A stretch of DNA of 64,000 nt from a bacterium (lineage in GTDB: Bacteria; UBA8248), in NCBI GenBank assembly GCA_963692865.2, contig OY843592.1:3136001-3200000 (forward strand), given 5' to 3'. The position numbers and the translations under genes are program-made. Below, one piece after another: positions 28,631 to 38,747 of the stretch (the first letter of the stretch is position 1; each line of letters begins with the position of its first letter). The notes beneath the pieces were generated by a model that searched no databases, was not told the DNA's origin, and saw nothing but the letters and a program-made list of their open reading frames with translations.

Positions 28631-29758
28631 ATGCCATCGCCTCTGCTCGATAGAATGAGGACGCTGTGCTCCCTGCCCGGCCCGCCCGGTCATGAGGGCG
28701 CCGTGCGCGACGCCATCGTGGATATGCTGAAAGACAGCGCAAGCGAGTTGCGGCGCGACCCCATCGGGAACCTCATCGCCCGCCACGAAGCCAACGAGGC
28801 GGCCCCGCACATTCTCCTGGAATGCCACATGGACGAGGTCGGCCTCATCGTGACGAAAGTGGAGGCGGGCGGCGCGATTCGCTTCGAGAAAGTGGGACTC
28901 GTGGCGGATTCGATTTTCCCGGGGCGCGAGGTCGCACTCCTGACGCTGGACGGGAATCTCCACCGGGGCGTCGTGAACGTGCGCAGTGGGCATCTGCAAT
29001 CCTTACAGGGCCAGGAACACCCCGGCGTCGATGAGATGTGGATAGATTTGGGCGCTTTGGACGATGCGCCGATTCGCGCGCTCGGCATCGAGGCGGGCAC
29101 GCCGGGCGTATTCCACAGCCCCTTCACGCAGCTTCCCGGCGGAGCATGGAAGTCGAAAGCCGTGGACAACCGCTCGGGCTGCGCCCTGTGCGTGGAGGCG
29201 TTCATCAACACGGCCAACTCGCTCTCGGACAGACTCCGCCTGAGCGCCGCCTTCTGCGCGCAGGAGGAAATCGGCGGGCGCGGCGCTTCGGTGCTTTCCG
29301 TGGATGAAGGGGGGAGCGACACGCCCTCTCTCGCCATCGTGCTCGACAACGTGCCCTCGGACGGCCCGGGCCGTTCCGACGCGCGGGGGGCGAAGATCGG
29401 CGCGGGGCCGGTATTGCGCAGGTACGACCACCAGCCCATGAGCCTCTACGGCTACATCACCCCGCCCGAACTGATCCGGTGGGTGAAGGACGTGGCGAGC
29501 GACGCACATGTGCCCCTGCAGGAAGACGTGTTCGTGGGCACGTTTCTCGATTCCGCCACCTTGAGCAAATCCGGGGCGGGCGGACTGCCCGTCGCGCCGA
29601 TCAACATGCCCAGGCGCTATTCCCACTCTCCGGTGGAGACGTTCATGGAATCGGATCTGGAAGCCACCGCAGCGCTCATCGGCGCTCTCTTGCGCTCCGC
29701 CGCCGAGGGGGGAGCGCCCGACTTGAGGCGGGACTATCTATCGCCGGCAGGCGCGTGA
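28631..29758 (+). CDS. M42 family metallopeptidase
   Basis: HMDEVG, KAVDNR, QEEIG, RYSHSP. Confidence 0.88.
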   Translation: MPSPLLDRMRTLCSLPGPPGHEGAVRDAIVDMLKDSASELRRDPIGNLIARHEANEAAPHILLECHMDEVGLIVTKVEAGGAIRFEKVGLVADSIFPGREVALLTLDGNLHRGVVNVRSGHLQSLQGQEHPGVDEMWIDLGALDDAPIRALGIEAGTPGVFHSPFTQLPGGAWKSKAVDNRSGCALCVEAFINTANSLSDRLRLSAAFCAQEEIGGRGASVLSVDEGGSDTPSLAIVLDNVPSDGPGRSDARGAKIGAGPVLRRYDHQPMSLYGYITPPELIRWVKDVASDAHVPLQEDVFVGTFLDSATLSKSGAGGLPVAPINMPRRYSHSPVETFMESDLEATAALIGALLRSAAEGGAPDLRRDYLSPAGA

Positions 29759-29793
29759 AACCCGCAAAACCCTAACCTGGAGAAACGAAGCCC

Positions 29794-30645
29794 GTGTCGA
29801 AATTCATTCGCGTCGCCCATAGCCCGGATTCGGACGACGCCTTCATGTTCCACGCCCTGGCGAACGGGAAGATCGCGCAGGGAGAATATGAATTCATCCA
29901 CGAACTCCACGACATCGAAACGCTGAACCAGGCCGCCTTCGAGGGCAAATACGAGGTGAGCGCCGTCAGCTTTCACGCGTATTGCCACCTGGCGGATCGC
30001 TACGCCATTTTGCCGCACGGGGCGAGTTTCGGGGAGAATTACGGCCCCGTCATCATCTCGCGCGAGCCGATGACGCCCGAGGCGCTCCGGGACGTGGAAA
30101 TCGCCATCCCGGGTCTTCTCACGACGGCCTATCTCACGCTTCGCCTCTATCTGGGGGGCGAGGAGCCCGAACACCGCGTGGTGCATTTCGACCAGATCAT
30201 GGACGAGGTGAAAAAAGGAGTCTCTCCGGCGGGGCTTCTCATTCACGAGGGCCAGCTCACTTACGAGGATGAGGGTTTTCATCTCGTGGAGGATCTCGGC
30301 AAGTGGTGGATGCGAGAAACCGAAGGTCCCCTGCCCCTGGGCTGCAACGTCATCCGAAAAGATTTGGGACCCGAGGTCGTGAGTGAGGTGAGCCGTCTGC
30401 TTCACCAGAGCATCGTCTACGCGCTCGAGAACCGGGACGAGGCGCTCGACCACGCCATGGCCTACGCCAGGGATTTGCCGCGTGAGAAGGCGGACGTATT
30501 CGTCGGCATGTACGTGAACGAATGGACGCGTTCATACGGCGAAGCCGGGCGGAAGGCCGTTTCCACGCTGTTGAACCGCGCCGCCGAGGCGTGCATTATA
30601 CCGGAGAAAATTGAGCCGGAATTCGTGTCTTCCCCCAGCGGCTGA
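29794..30645 (+). CDS. mqnD: 1,4-dihydroxy-6-naphthoate synthase (futalosine pathway)
   Basis: HSPDSDDAFMF, LIHEGQLTY, PLPLG, MYVN. Confidence 0.85.
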   Translation: MSKFIRVAHSPDSDDAFMFHALANGKIAQGEYEFIHELHDIETLNQAAFEGKYEVSAVSFHAYCHLADRYAILPHGASFGENYGPVIISREPMTPEALRDVEIAIPGLLTTAYLTLRLYLGGEEPEHRVVHFDQIMDEVKKGVSPAGLLIHEGQLTYEDEGFHLVEDLGKWWMRETEGPLPLGCNVIRKDLGPEVVSEVSRLLHQSIVYALENRDEALDHAMAYARDLPREKADVFVGMYVNEWTRSYGEAGRKAVSTLLNRAAEACIIPEKIEPEFVSSPSG

Positions 30646-30662
30646 CGAGCGGAGGCGGATTC

Positions 30663-31046
30663 ATGCTGGAAGGAATGCACCACATATCCATCAGCGTCGA
30701 TGACCTCGAAGAAGCACGCGATTTCTACGCCGGACTCCTGGAACTCGCGGAAATCGACCGTCCGAATCTGCCGAACCCGGGCTACTGGTTCCAGGCGGGG
30801 GCCTGCCAGCTTCATCTCACGGGACGCCGGGACCGCGCGAGCGAAACGAGCGTTCCGGGCACCGGGGCCGGGGAAACCCACTTCGCCTTCGCGGCGTCGG
30901 ACTTGGAACCAGTAAAGAAAAGGCTCGAAATTGCGGGCGTGGACGTAAAAGACGGGGTCAACGCCGGGCTGGGACTACGGCAACTGTTCTTCAGAGACCC
31001 CTCGGACAACCTCGTGGAAGTGTTCTGCACGCTCGAAGAGTCATGA
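30663..31046 (+). CDS. VOC family protein
   Basis: HHISI, HFAF, FFRDPSDNLVEV. Confidence 0.88.
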   Translation: MLEGMHHISISVDDLEEARDFYAGLLELAEIDRPNLPNPGYWFQAGACQLHLTGRRDRASETSVPGTGAGETHFAFAASDLEPVKKRLEIAGVDVKDGVNAGLGLRQLFFRDPSDNLVEVFCTLEES

Positions 31047-31070
31047 TGGAAACCGCGAAAGACCCATCCG

Positions 31071-32147
31071 ATGCCGAAACCCGATAATTATTCATCCGGC
31101 TTCTCCCGCCGATCCTTCCTCTTGGGCCTCGGCGCGGCGGCCCTGAGTTTCTCGCCTCGAAGCGCCTGGAGCACGGAAGAGAAAAAGCTGAATTTCTATA
31201 ACTGGGACACCTACATCGGCGAAACCACGCTGGCCGATTTCAAGGCCGCAAGCGGAATCGAAGTGAAAATGGATCTGTTCGCCGACAACGATGAACTGTT
31301 CGCCAAACTCCAAAAAGGCAACCCCGGCTATGACGTGATCGTGCCGACCAACAACTACGTCGAACGCATGATCGCCGCCGGCTTACTGATGCCGTTTGAT
31401 CATTCCCTGATCCCCAACAGGATGAATATCGACCCGGTTTTCCGGGACGCCGCCTATGATCCGGGCCGCAAGTACTCCCAGCCCTACATGTGGGGCACGG
31501 CCGGCGTCGGCTATCGCAAATCCCGCGTCGAGGGCGTGCCGGACAGCTGGAAATGGCTGCTCGCCTCGGATAAATACAAGGGCCGCATCTCCCTCCTGGG
31601 CGATAAGAGCACTACGATTCAGATGGGCCTCAAACTGCTGGGCCATTCCCTGAACGCCACCGACCCCGCCCTGATAAAGCGGGTCGAGGAGATGCTCATC
31701 CGCCAGAAACCCCACGTGAAGGCGTTCGCCGATGACGACGGGCAAGATTTGCTGCTCGCGGGCGAAGTCGATCTGGCCATGGAATGGAACGGCGACATTC
31801 TGCAGGTCATGAAGAAAGACGCCGACATCGGCTACGTCGTGCCCAAAGAAGGCGGATTGTTGTGGCAGGATTGCCTGTGCATTCCCAAAGGCGCGCCGCA
31901 TCCTGAAAACGCGCATAAGTTCATCGATTTTCTTCTGAGAGCCGACATGGGCGCCTCTATCGCCGATTTCATCCAGTACGCCACCCCCAACGCGGCGGCG
32001 AAAGCCGGAATGCCGGCCGCCTACCGGAACAACCCGGCCATTTTCCCGCCTCCAGAAACCATCAAAGCATCGGAGTTTCCGGTGTATCTGGGCGAGGACT
32101 ATGAGCGCCTGCTAGACGAAACCTGGGCGCGGATTCAGGCGGCCTGA
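31071..32147 (+). CDS. Spermidine/putrescine ABC substrate-binding protein (PotD/PotF-like) with Tat signal
   Basis: SRRSFL Tat motif; YNWDTYI, PYMWGT, PKEG. Confidence 0.88.
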   Translation: MPKPDNYSSGFSRRSFLLGLGAAALSFSPRSAWSTEEKKLNFYNWDTYIGETTLADFKAASGIEVKMDLFADNDELFAKLQKGNPGYDVIVPTNNYVERMIAAGLLMPFDHSLIPNRMNIDPVFRDAAYDPGRKYSQPYMWGTAGVGYRKSRVEGVPDSWKWLLASDKYKGRISLLGDKSTTIQMGLKLLGHSLNATDPALIKRVEEMLIRQKPHVKAFADDDGQDLLLAGEVDLAMEWNGDILQVMKKDADIGYVVPKEGGLLWQDCLCIPKGAPHPENAHKFIDFLLRADMGASIADFIQYATPNAAAKAGMPAAYRNNPAIFPPPETIKASEFPVYLGEDYERLLDETWARIQAA

Positions 32148-32166
32148 TAGATATAGGGACAACACC

Positions 32167-32595
32167 ATGAAGCAAAACAGATTTCATCTGGCCGGGGCCG
32201 TGCCTTGGCGCAAAACCGAAAACGGGCTGGAAATACTGCTCATCACGACGCGAGACAAACCCTTGGACGACGACTATCCCTGGTGGATAGTGCCCCAGGG
32301 CGGTGTGGAGCCGGGGCAGACCGCCCAGGAGGCCGCCATCGCCGAGACCTGGGAGGAAGGCGGCGTTCGCGGAGTAGCGTCGGAGGCGCCCATTGCGCGT
32401 TATGAATACGACATCGGCGCAGGCAGGTGCAAAGTCGACATCTTCGAAATCGAGGTCGAAGTCGTCGAGGACAACTGGCCCGAGAGTCACGAGCGAAGGC
32501 GCGTCTGGCTTTCCCCCGGGGACGCCCTGGAGACCATTTCCGGACATACGCTCAAAAACATCTTGAGAGAATTTTTGAAGAGAATGGAGGACTAG
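32167..32595 (+). CDS. NUDIX hydrolase
   Basis: GGVEPGQTAQEAAIAETWEEGG Nudix box; WPESHERRR. Confidence 0.88.
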   Translation: MKQNRFHLAGAVPWRKTENGLEILLITTRDKPLDDDYPWWIVPQGGVEPGQTAQEAAIAETWEEGGVRGVASEAPIARYEYDIGAGRCKVDIFEIEVEVVEDNWPESHERRRVWLSPGDALETISGHTLKNILREFLKRMED

Positions 32596-32664
32596 GACCT
32601 CCGCGCGGCGTTCACCGCGCCCCGATTCCGGGCGAAACCCCCAATCCCCGGGCGTCTTTCGTCA

Positions 32665-34041
32665 TCAAGCCGCTCTGCACGCGTTCACCAGGGCGGCTGC
32701 GTCCGGCGCGGTTTCGAACGCGAGGGCGGCTTCCACAGCGGCATCGACCTTGCTCTCGGGCAGGACGCGGCCCGCGTTCCCCCGGAACTTGGCCTCCACG
32801 TCCGGCCATTCCATCGGGTTTTCGGGGTTGCCCCAGTTGATGGGTTCATCGCGCTCCAGGACGCGGCCATCCCTGAGCGTCATCCGCACGCCGCCGTGCA
32901 GGTATTTGGGAAATCTCTCCGAATCCACGCCCGAGCACCTCACCTTCCCGGCCAGTTCGAGCACCTGCGCATCGTCCAAGTGTTCTTCTTCGAAATCATC
33001 GAGCGTGGCCCTGCCCTTCACCACGTTGACCGCCACACAATAAGGCAGGCTGAAAAGCGCCGCATACTGCGTGTTGGGCCTTCGCTTGTGCTCGATGGGT
33101 TCGCAAACGATGTGGAGAATCGGCTCGGGCGTGATGGTCTCGACCTCCACGATCTCATCAATAGATATCCCCGCTTCGCATACCAGGTTCTTCGCCGCAT
33201 CCATCGTCGCGTGATTGAAATGGCAGCATGGATAGGGCTTGAAGGATATCCGCAGCGTCTCCCATCGCTCACCGAGTCCGCCCGCCAGAATTTCCGCGTC
33301 GTAGGACGGATCGCTCAAGTGCGTGGCGTAAAGACCGAACCTGCCTTCCAATACCTTCCGGGGACCCATGAACCCGTGGCCCGCCATTTGCGCGGCGGCG
33401 ACGCCCGCATGAGAGGCCCAACCCGGATGAAAGCGCTTCACCCAGCTCCCATCGTCCAGAAACTCCTGAATTCCCGCCGCCTGGCTCCCGCAAACGCCGA
33501 AGGCGTTGGCGATGGCCTCCGGCGAGTGGTTCATCAGGCGTCCCATGATGGCCGCTGCGCCGAAGGCGCCGCAGATCGGCGTGGCGTGATAACCCTCGGC
33601 GTGAAACGCCCCCGGCACAGCGCCCCCGATTCTGGCGATGACCTCATAGCCCGCCACCATCGCTGTCAATATCTCCCGTCCGCTTGCGCCCGCAGCTTCG
33701 CCGGCGGCCAGGGCAGTGGGCACCACACAGGCGCTCATGTGGGTGATGGAATCGGTATGCGTGTCGTCGAAATCGAGGCCGTGCACGTAGCTTCCGTTCA
33801 CCATGGCGGCGTGCGCGACGGGTAGTCTGTCGCCGTAGCGCCAGACGGTGGCCTGGGATTTGCCACCCCAATCGCGCGCCGTTTTCGTCACCGCGTCTGC
33901 GTAGGGCTCGCGCGTCGCAGCCAAGCCTATCCCTAATGCGTCCAATAGATGAAGCTTCGCCTTTTCGATCACCTGCCCGGGAATGTCCTCGTAAGATAGG
34001 CCGGCGGCGAAACGCGCCAGTTTGTCGCTCATCGTTTCCAT
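32665..34041 (-). CDS. MmgE/PrpD family protein
   Basis: HGLDFDDTH, KRFHPG, FKPYPCC. Confidence 0.9.
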   Translation of the reverse strand: METMSDKLARFAAGLSYEDIPGQVIEKAKLHLLDALGIGLAATREPYADAVTKTARDWGGKSQATVWRYGDRLPVAHAAMVNGSYVHGLDFDDTHTDSITHMSACVVPTALAAGEAAGASGREILTAMVAGYEVIARIGGAVPGAFHAEGYHATPICGAFGAAAIMGRLMNHSPEAIANAFGVCGSQAAGIQEFLDDGSWVKRFHPGWASHAGVAAAQMAGHGFMGPRKVLEGRFGLYATHLSDPSYDAEILAGGLGERWETLRISFKPYPCCHFNHATMDAAKNLVCEAGISIDEIVEVETITPEPILHIVCEPIEHKRRPNTQYAALFSLPYCVAVNVVKGRATLDDFEEEHLDDAQVLELAGKVRCSGVDSERFPKYLHGGVRMTLRDGRVLERDEPINWGNPENPMEWPDVEAKFRGNAGRVLPESKVDAAVEAALAFETAPDAAALVNACRAA

Positions 34042-34073
34042 GTTCGTCTCCTGCTCCTGAATCCGGCCCGGCT

Positions 34074-35444
34074 CTATGCGAGATGGGCCACGAGAGCGCC
34101 CATCGTCTCGATATCATCCAGAGCCGAGGCGGCCTCCACCAACGCGTCCTGTGCATCGGACGGAATCACGCCGCCCGTAATCTGTCTGAATTTCCCCGCC
34201 ACCATGTCGAAATCCATCGGGTTCTGGGGCGAGCCCTTAGGACCCTCGACACGGCTTTTGAACTCGCGTCCATCGCGCGTGCGAATCGCCACCTTGGCCG
34301 GGAAAGTCTTTGGATAGAGTCGTTCGATTTCCGGGTCCACCGTGAAGCGCGCCCGCCGCGCGAGCGCCACCAGTTCGGGATCGACGATGCGCTCGGGCGT
34401 GAACTGCCCGGGTCCCGCCTCCCCGTCGGTGAGCGCAACGGCCGCGCAATACTCGATGTTCATCTGCGCGCGCAGAGAACTCACGGGTTCGTAAGACCAC
34501 GAGCACTGTTGTTTCACCACGCTGTGGTTCATGATCTCCATCTCCTGCACCTCATCGGGCGCAACGTTATGCTCTCTGCGCAGAGCAAGAACGGCGTCGA
34601 TGGTCGAATGCGTGCTCCCGCAGCAGCAATAGGGCTTGAAGGAAACGCCCGCCGCCTCCCAGTGTTCTCCCAAATCCCTCGTCAGAGGCTCAGGCTCCCC
34701 GCAGCCGCTGAACGCCCGAATGAACCCGCCGTCCTCAAACTCGAAAATCTCCTTGGGGCCGGTATACCCACCCTCGGCCAAAGAGGCGGCCATTAGGCCG
34801 CTTTGGGCCGCGCGGCCCGCGTGAAAGCGCTTCGTCTCCGAGCCGTCGCACTGAAAGGCCCATGTGCCCGCCCCTTGGGCGCCCGCCAGTCCCAGCGCGT
34901 TGGCCGTCTGCTCTGACGTCAGGCTCAACAAATTCGCCGCTGCAGCCGCCGCGCCGAATGGCCCGCACAGGCCCGTCAGATGAAACCCCCGCCTGCGCAC
35001 CTCCAGGGAGTCTGCGGCGATGCTCGCGCGGATCATGGTTTCATAGCCGACTGCGCAGGCGGTCATGAAAGTCTTGCCATCGACCTCCATCTTCTCGGCG
35101 AGCGGATACGCGGCGGCGAACACCACCGCGCCCGGATGGAGCTTGGCGCCGCTGTGGTAGTCATCGAGTTCGAACGCGTGCATCCAGGTGCCCAGACAAA
35201 GCGCGACGGGCCCCACCGGCCCGCGCCAGGTGGTTTTCCAGAGGGCCGCTTCCGCGCTCCCGCCCTGCTCCTGGGCGAAACGAGACAGGATTCGCCCCGA
35301 CTCGGTAGTTGTGCCGTAGAGGCCGCAACCGACGGCGTCCAGGAAATACTTGCGCATGCACTCACGCAGGTTGGCGGATAAGTCGCTATAGGAAGTCTCG
35401 CTGATGAATCGCGCGAGTTCGCGCGTGTGGCCGTTCATCTTCAC
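34074..35444 (-). CDS. MmgE/PrpD family protein
   Basis: HAFELDDYH, KRFHAG, FKPYCCC, GSPQNP. Confidence 0.9.
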   Translation of the reverse strand: MKMNGHTRELARFISETSYSDLSANLRECMRKYFLDAVGCGLYGTTTESGRILSRFAQEQGGSAEAALWKTTWRGPVGPVALCLGTWMHAFELDDYHSGAKLHPGAVVFAAAYPLAEKMEVDGKTFMTACAVGYETMIRASIAADSLEVRRRGFHLTGLCGPFGAAAAAANLLSLTSEQTANALGLAGAQGAGTWAFQCDGSETKRFHAGRAAQSGLMAASLAEGGYTGPKEIFEFEDGGFIRAFSGCGEPEPLTRDLGEHWEAAGVSFKPYCCCGSTHSTIDAVLALRREHNVAPDEVQEMEIMNHSVVKQQCSWSYEPVSSLRAQMNIEYCAAVALTDGEAGPGQFTPERIVDPELVALARRARFTVDPEIERLYPKTFPAKVAIRTRDGREFKSRVEGPKGSPQNPMDFDMVAGKFRQITGGVIPSDAQDALVEAASALDDIETMGALVAHLA

Positions 35445-35445
35445 C

Positions 35446-36321
35446 TCACCGCCTGGGCAGATATTCCGCTTCTATCGCGTGATAGGCGTCATAATCCAGA
35501 AGTTCGTAGAGTTCCTTACGCGTCATCATCTTGTCCAGATAATCACCCATCGTGCCTTTTTCTTTCAGTTCTTCGAGCAGCAATTCGCCCGCCCTGAGCA
35601 TCGCGCGCATGATGCTCACAGGGAACAGGACGAGTTTATAGCCCATCTTCTCGAAATCGGCTTTGGAGATATGGGGCGTCTTGCCGAACTCCGTCATGTT
35701 GGCCAGCAAGGGGCCCGGGCAGCACTCGGCGTATTCGGCGAACTCATCGCGCGTCTCGAGCGCTTCGATGAAAACGACGTCCGCCCCGGCTTCGAGCGCG
35801 GCATTGCCGCGTTCGACGGCCTCTTCCATCCCGTGGACGTACTTGGCGTCGATCCGCGCCATGACGGCGAAATCCGGATCCTCTCGATAGGTCACGGCGG
35901 CGCGGATTTTTCCGATAAACTCCTCACGGCTCACCACCTGTTTGCCGTCCAGATGGCCGCAGCGCTTGGGCAGCACCTGATCTTCAATTTGGATACACGC
36001 AACGCCCGCTCTTTCGAAATCGCGCACAGTGCGCACCACGTTCACCGCGTTGCCGTAGCCGGTGTCCACGTCCACCACGAGCGGGATGTCCACGGCGTCC
36101 GCCATGTACCTCGCGTTCATGAGCACCTCGCTGAAAGACGCCAGACCGTTGTCGGGCAACCCCGCCAGAGCGTTCACCACGCCCGCCCCCGACATGTAGA
36201 CGGCCTCGAATCCCTTGGAAGCGATGAGCCTGGCCGTCAGCGCGTCGTGCGCGCCGGGGATGATGGTCGCCCCCGGTCGCTCGATAATTTTTCTGAATTT
36301 TTTTCGCACCGAATCGGGCAT
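35446..36321 (-). CDS. prpB: Methylisocitrate lyase-like (ICL/PEPM family)
   Basis: IEDQVLPKRCGH, LANMTEFGKTP, MMTRKELY. Confidence 0.8.
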   Translation of the reverse strand: MPDSVRKKFRKIIERPGATIIPGAHDALTARLIASKGFEAVYMSGAGVVNALAGLPDNGLASFSEVLMNARYMADAVDIPLVVDVDTGYGNAVNVVRTVRDFERAGVACIQIEDQVLPKRCGHLDGKQVVSREEFIGKIRAAVTYREDPDFAVMARIDAKYVHGMEEAVERGNAALEAGADVVFIEALETRDEFAEYAECCPGPLLANMTEFGKTPHISKADFEKMGYKLVLFPVSIMRAMLRAGELLLEELKEKGTMGDYLDKMMTRKELYELLDYDAYHAIEAEYLPRR

Positions 36322-36561
36322 GCTCCCTTCCTTCCCGTATATATTGCTGCGCACAATCGACATCGCCCTCTCGCCGAACATCATCTTCTTGTTGATATAC
36401 AAGAACTTATTCGCCGCCCTCAATTCCAGGCAAGCGCGCTCTATTCTTTCACATCACCCGGCGGCGTCGCCATAGGCCTGAGCCGATTTTCCCTTGACAA
36501 GCGCTTGAACAAAAGTGGCATAATTGAATTTATATGGGGTTCGCTCCCGGAGAATTTTTCG

Positions 36562-37098
36562 ATGACCGATGAATTCGAAGACGGCAGTTTCGACAAAAAA
36601 TACGAAGATGAAGCCAAGGTCAACTCCGACCTCAAGCGCGCTCTGGATCTTTTGAATCAAGGCGGCGTCGCCCACGCGAAAGGAAACCTCGACAAGGCCA
36701 TCGAGTTGTACCGCGACTCCATCGCATACTACCCCACAGCGGACGCGCACACCTATCTCGGCTGGATGTACAGCAAACAGGGCCGCCTCGAGGAAGCCAT
36801 CGAGGAGTGCCACATGGCCATCGAGGTCGACGATGAGTTCGGAAACCCCTACAACGACATCGGCTGCTATCTCATGCAGTTGGGCGAACTCGACGAAGCG
36901 GCCGAATGGCTCGAGAAGGCGAAGTCCGCGCCGAGATACGAGCCGCGTCATTTCCCCTACATGAATCTGGGCCGCATCTACCTTCAGAAAAAAGAGTACG
37001 GCAAGGCGCAGGGCGAGATTTACGAGGCCATCAGGCGCGCACCTGAAGTGGAGGGCCTGAAAAAGAATTTTCTGGAACTGGTGTCGATGCTCAACTAG
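36562..37098 (+). CDS. Tetratricopeptide repeat protein
   Basis: TPR helices; PTADAHTYLGW, GNPYNDIG. Confidence 0.85.
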   Translation: MTDEFEDGSFDKKYEDEAKVNSDLKRALDLLNQGGVAHAKGNLDKAIELYRDSIAYYPTADAHTYLGWMYSKQGRLEEAIEECHMAIEVDDEFGNPYNDIGCYLMQLGELDEAAEWLEKAKSAPRYEPRHFPYMNLGRIYLQKKEYGKAQGEIYEAIRRAPEVEGLKKNFLELVSMLN

Positions 37099-37111
37099 GA
37101 ATCAACCCACG

Positions 37112-37148
37112 AAAAAAGCCGGCCGCGAGGGCCGGCTTTTTCTTTTTC
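37112..37148. terminator. Bidirectional intrinsic terminator
   Basis: AAAAAAGCCGGCC-GCGAG-GGCCGGCTTTTT between convergent genes. Confidence 0.8.
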
Positions 37149-37157
37149 GCTCAGCGC

Positions 37158-37610
37158 CTAGCCGGGAATCTTGTCCCTGCTGTCCTCTTCCATCCACTCG
37201 TTTTCCACATAAATGGTTCTGGCGGCGTCGCGGTTCGGACAATTGCCGTATGTGAAGACGAGTTCGGCGTCCTCGGTTTCGCTCGGGTTGTAGAGGCCGT
37301 GGATTTCGCCGGCTGCGCAATAGACGAACGTGCCCGAGGGCACCGTGTGCTCTTCCCTGTCCTCTCCCATCCAGACGATGATCGGGCCCTTGACGATGTA
37401 GAACGTCGCGTCGCACACGTGGTAGTGCCTCTGGTTGCGGCCCTTGGGGGGAATGATGGTGCGCCCCATCGTGATGGTCTGCGTGCCGGTGGAATTGCTG
37501 TCCACGCCCCATGCGATGATGAGGGGCGGCTCGTATTTCTTGTCCACGCCGATGGCCGTCGAATCAATGAGACACCAGCGCTGTTTGGTAGGTGCGGATA
37601 TAGCTGACAT
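37158..37610 (-). CDS. Cupin domain protein
   Basis: RHYH, GEIHGLYN. Confidence 0.82.
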   Translation of the reverse strand: MSAISAPTKQRWCLIDSTAIGVDKKYEPPLIIAWGVDSNSTGTQTITMGRTIIPPKGRNQRHYHVCDATFYIVKGPIIVWMGEDREEHTVPSGTFVYCAAGEIHGLYNPSETEDAELVFTYGNCPNRDAARTIYVENEWMEEDSRDKIPG

Positions 37611-37721
37611 GTATGCTCCTTTGAATTGGAAACGATACCAAAATTCCCTTTCTCTCGAAGGTGGCCTAATCTAGTCGTTCGCTTCGCAGAGCGCAAGAGC
37701 AGAGTCGATATGTGTAAGGAT

Positions 37722-38735
37722 TCATCCTTCCAGGAACAGTTGAACCTCGCTCAAGAGCTCCATCCTGCGCTTTTCCAGTTCCATGAAATGCGTGCCGTCG
37801 TTGATGATGACGTAGCGTTTTCCCCGGCTGTTGCGAAGCGCCTTATACAGACCCCAGGCTTCCGGGTCGGCCGAGGCGCCGTCCTGGTCTCCTCTGATAA
37901 GGAGCACGGGACACGTTATCCTGCTCGCGTCGTAGAGGGGTATGTTCCTCGCCCTGTCATACAGATCCGCCAGGGAGCCGTTCGCCAGCCGGAACGCGGG
38001 CGTCTTGCGCCCGGCGCCTCCCGGGTCATAACGAAGCAGTTCCCGAAAATACGTCCTGGGCACCCTGGGTTCGCGCCATTTGTGATGTGCGTCACCGGGT
38101 ATGTGGCCCCACCAGCGATGGCGCACGTCTTTTTCCGTACACCAGGACCACGCGCCTCGCCTCGCGTCGAATTCCCCGGGCCTTCGGGGGTCTTCCATCT
38201 GCTTCGCGCGGGCGGGATTATCATAGGCGTAATACGGCGCGTAAAGAACGAGCTTGTGCACCTGCTTCATGTTGTCGGCGGCATACGCAGGCCCCGTCGT
38301 CGAGCCCCAGGAGCGGCCCAGAATGCCGAGCTTGCTCACCCCCCGCTGCTCGCGGATGAAATCGACCGCCGACTTGATATCCCTCACGGCTACCTTCCCC
38401 GGTATCGCGGGTGGCTTGCCCCTGGGGCTTGCGAGCATCTCCTGCGGCCACGTCGATTCCCCGAAACCCCGAATCGAGAGCGCGAAGACGTCGAACCCGC
38501 GCGATGCGATGTAATCCATCCAGGAATAGCCGGGAACCGGCAGATCATAGGCCACGGGGCCGGGCGCCATCCGCCCTTGCACCATGAGGAGCGTGGCCTG
38601 ATCTTCAAATTTCTTCTTGCCCCTGGGGCGTTTTTCCCTAAGGTGCAGCGTGATGCCGGGATCAAGAGAGGCGACGTAGTGATCGAGCCGCTCCACTCTT
38701 TTCTGAGTCGTATGCTTTCGCGCTGAAGCGCTCAA
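37722..38735 (-). CDS. Alpha/beta hydrolase
   Basis: RGFGES, GRSWG nucleophile elbow, GTHF. Confidence 0.85.
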   Translation of the reverse strand: MSASARKHTTQKRVERLDHYVASLDPGITLHLREKRPRGKKKFEDQATLLMVQGRMAPGPVAYDLPVPGYSWMDYIASRGFDVFALSIRGFGESTWPQEMLASPRGKPPAIPGKVAVRDIKSAVDFIREQRGVSKLGILGRSWGSTTGPAYAADNMKQVHKLVLYAPYYAYDNPARAKQMEDPRRPGEFDARRGAWSWCTEKDVRHRWWGHIPGDAHHKWREPRVPRTYFRELLRYDPGGAGRKTPAFRLANGSLADLYDRARNIPLYDASRITCPVLLIRGDQDGASADPEAWGLYKALRNSRGKRYVIINDGTHFMELEKRRMELLSEVQLFLEG

Positions 38736-38747
38736 ATCCCGATCACC

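Noticed and set aside
35404-36561. 564-aa ORF suggesting a long TPR fusion
   Set aside because: The 5' part is antisense to the prpB-like gene; the real TPR gene starts near 36562.
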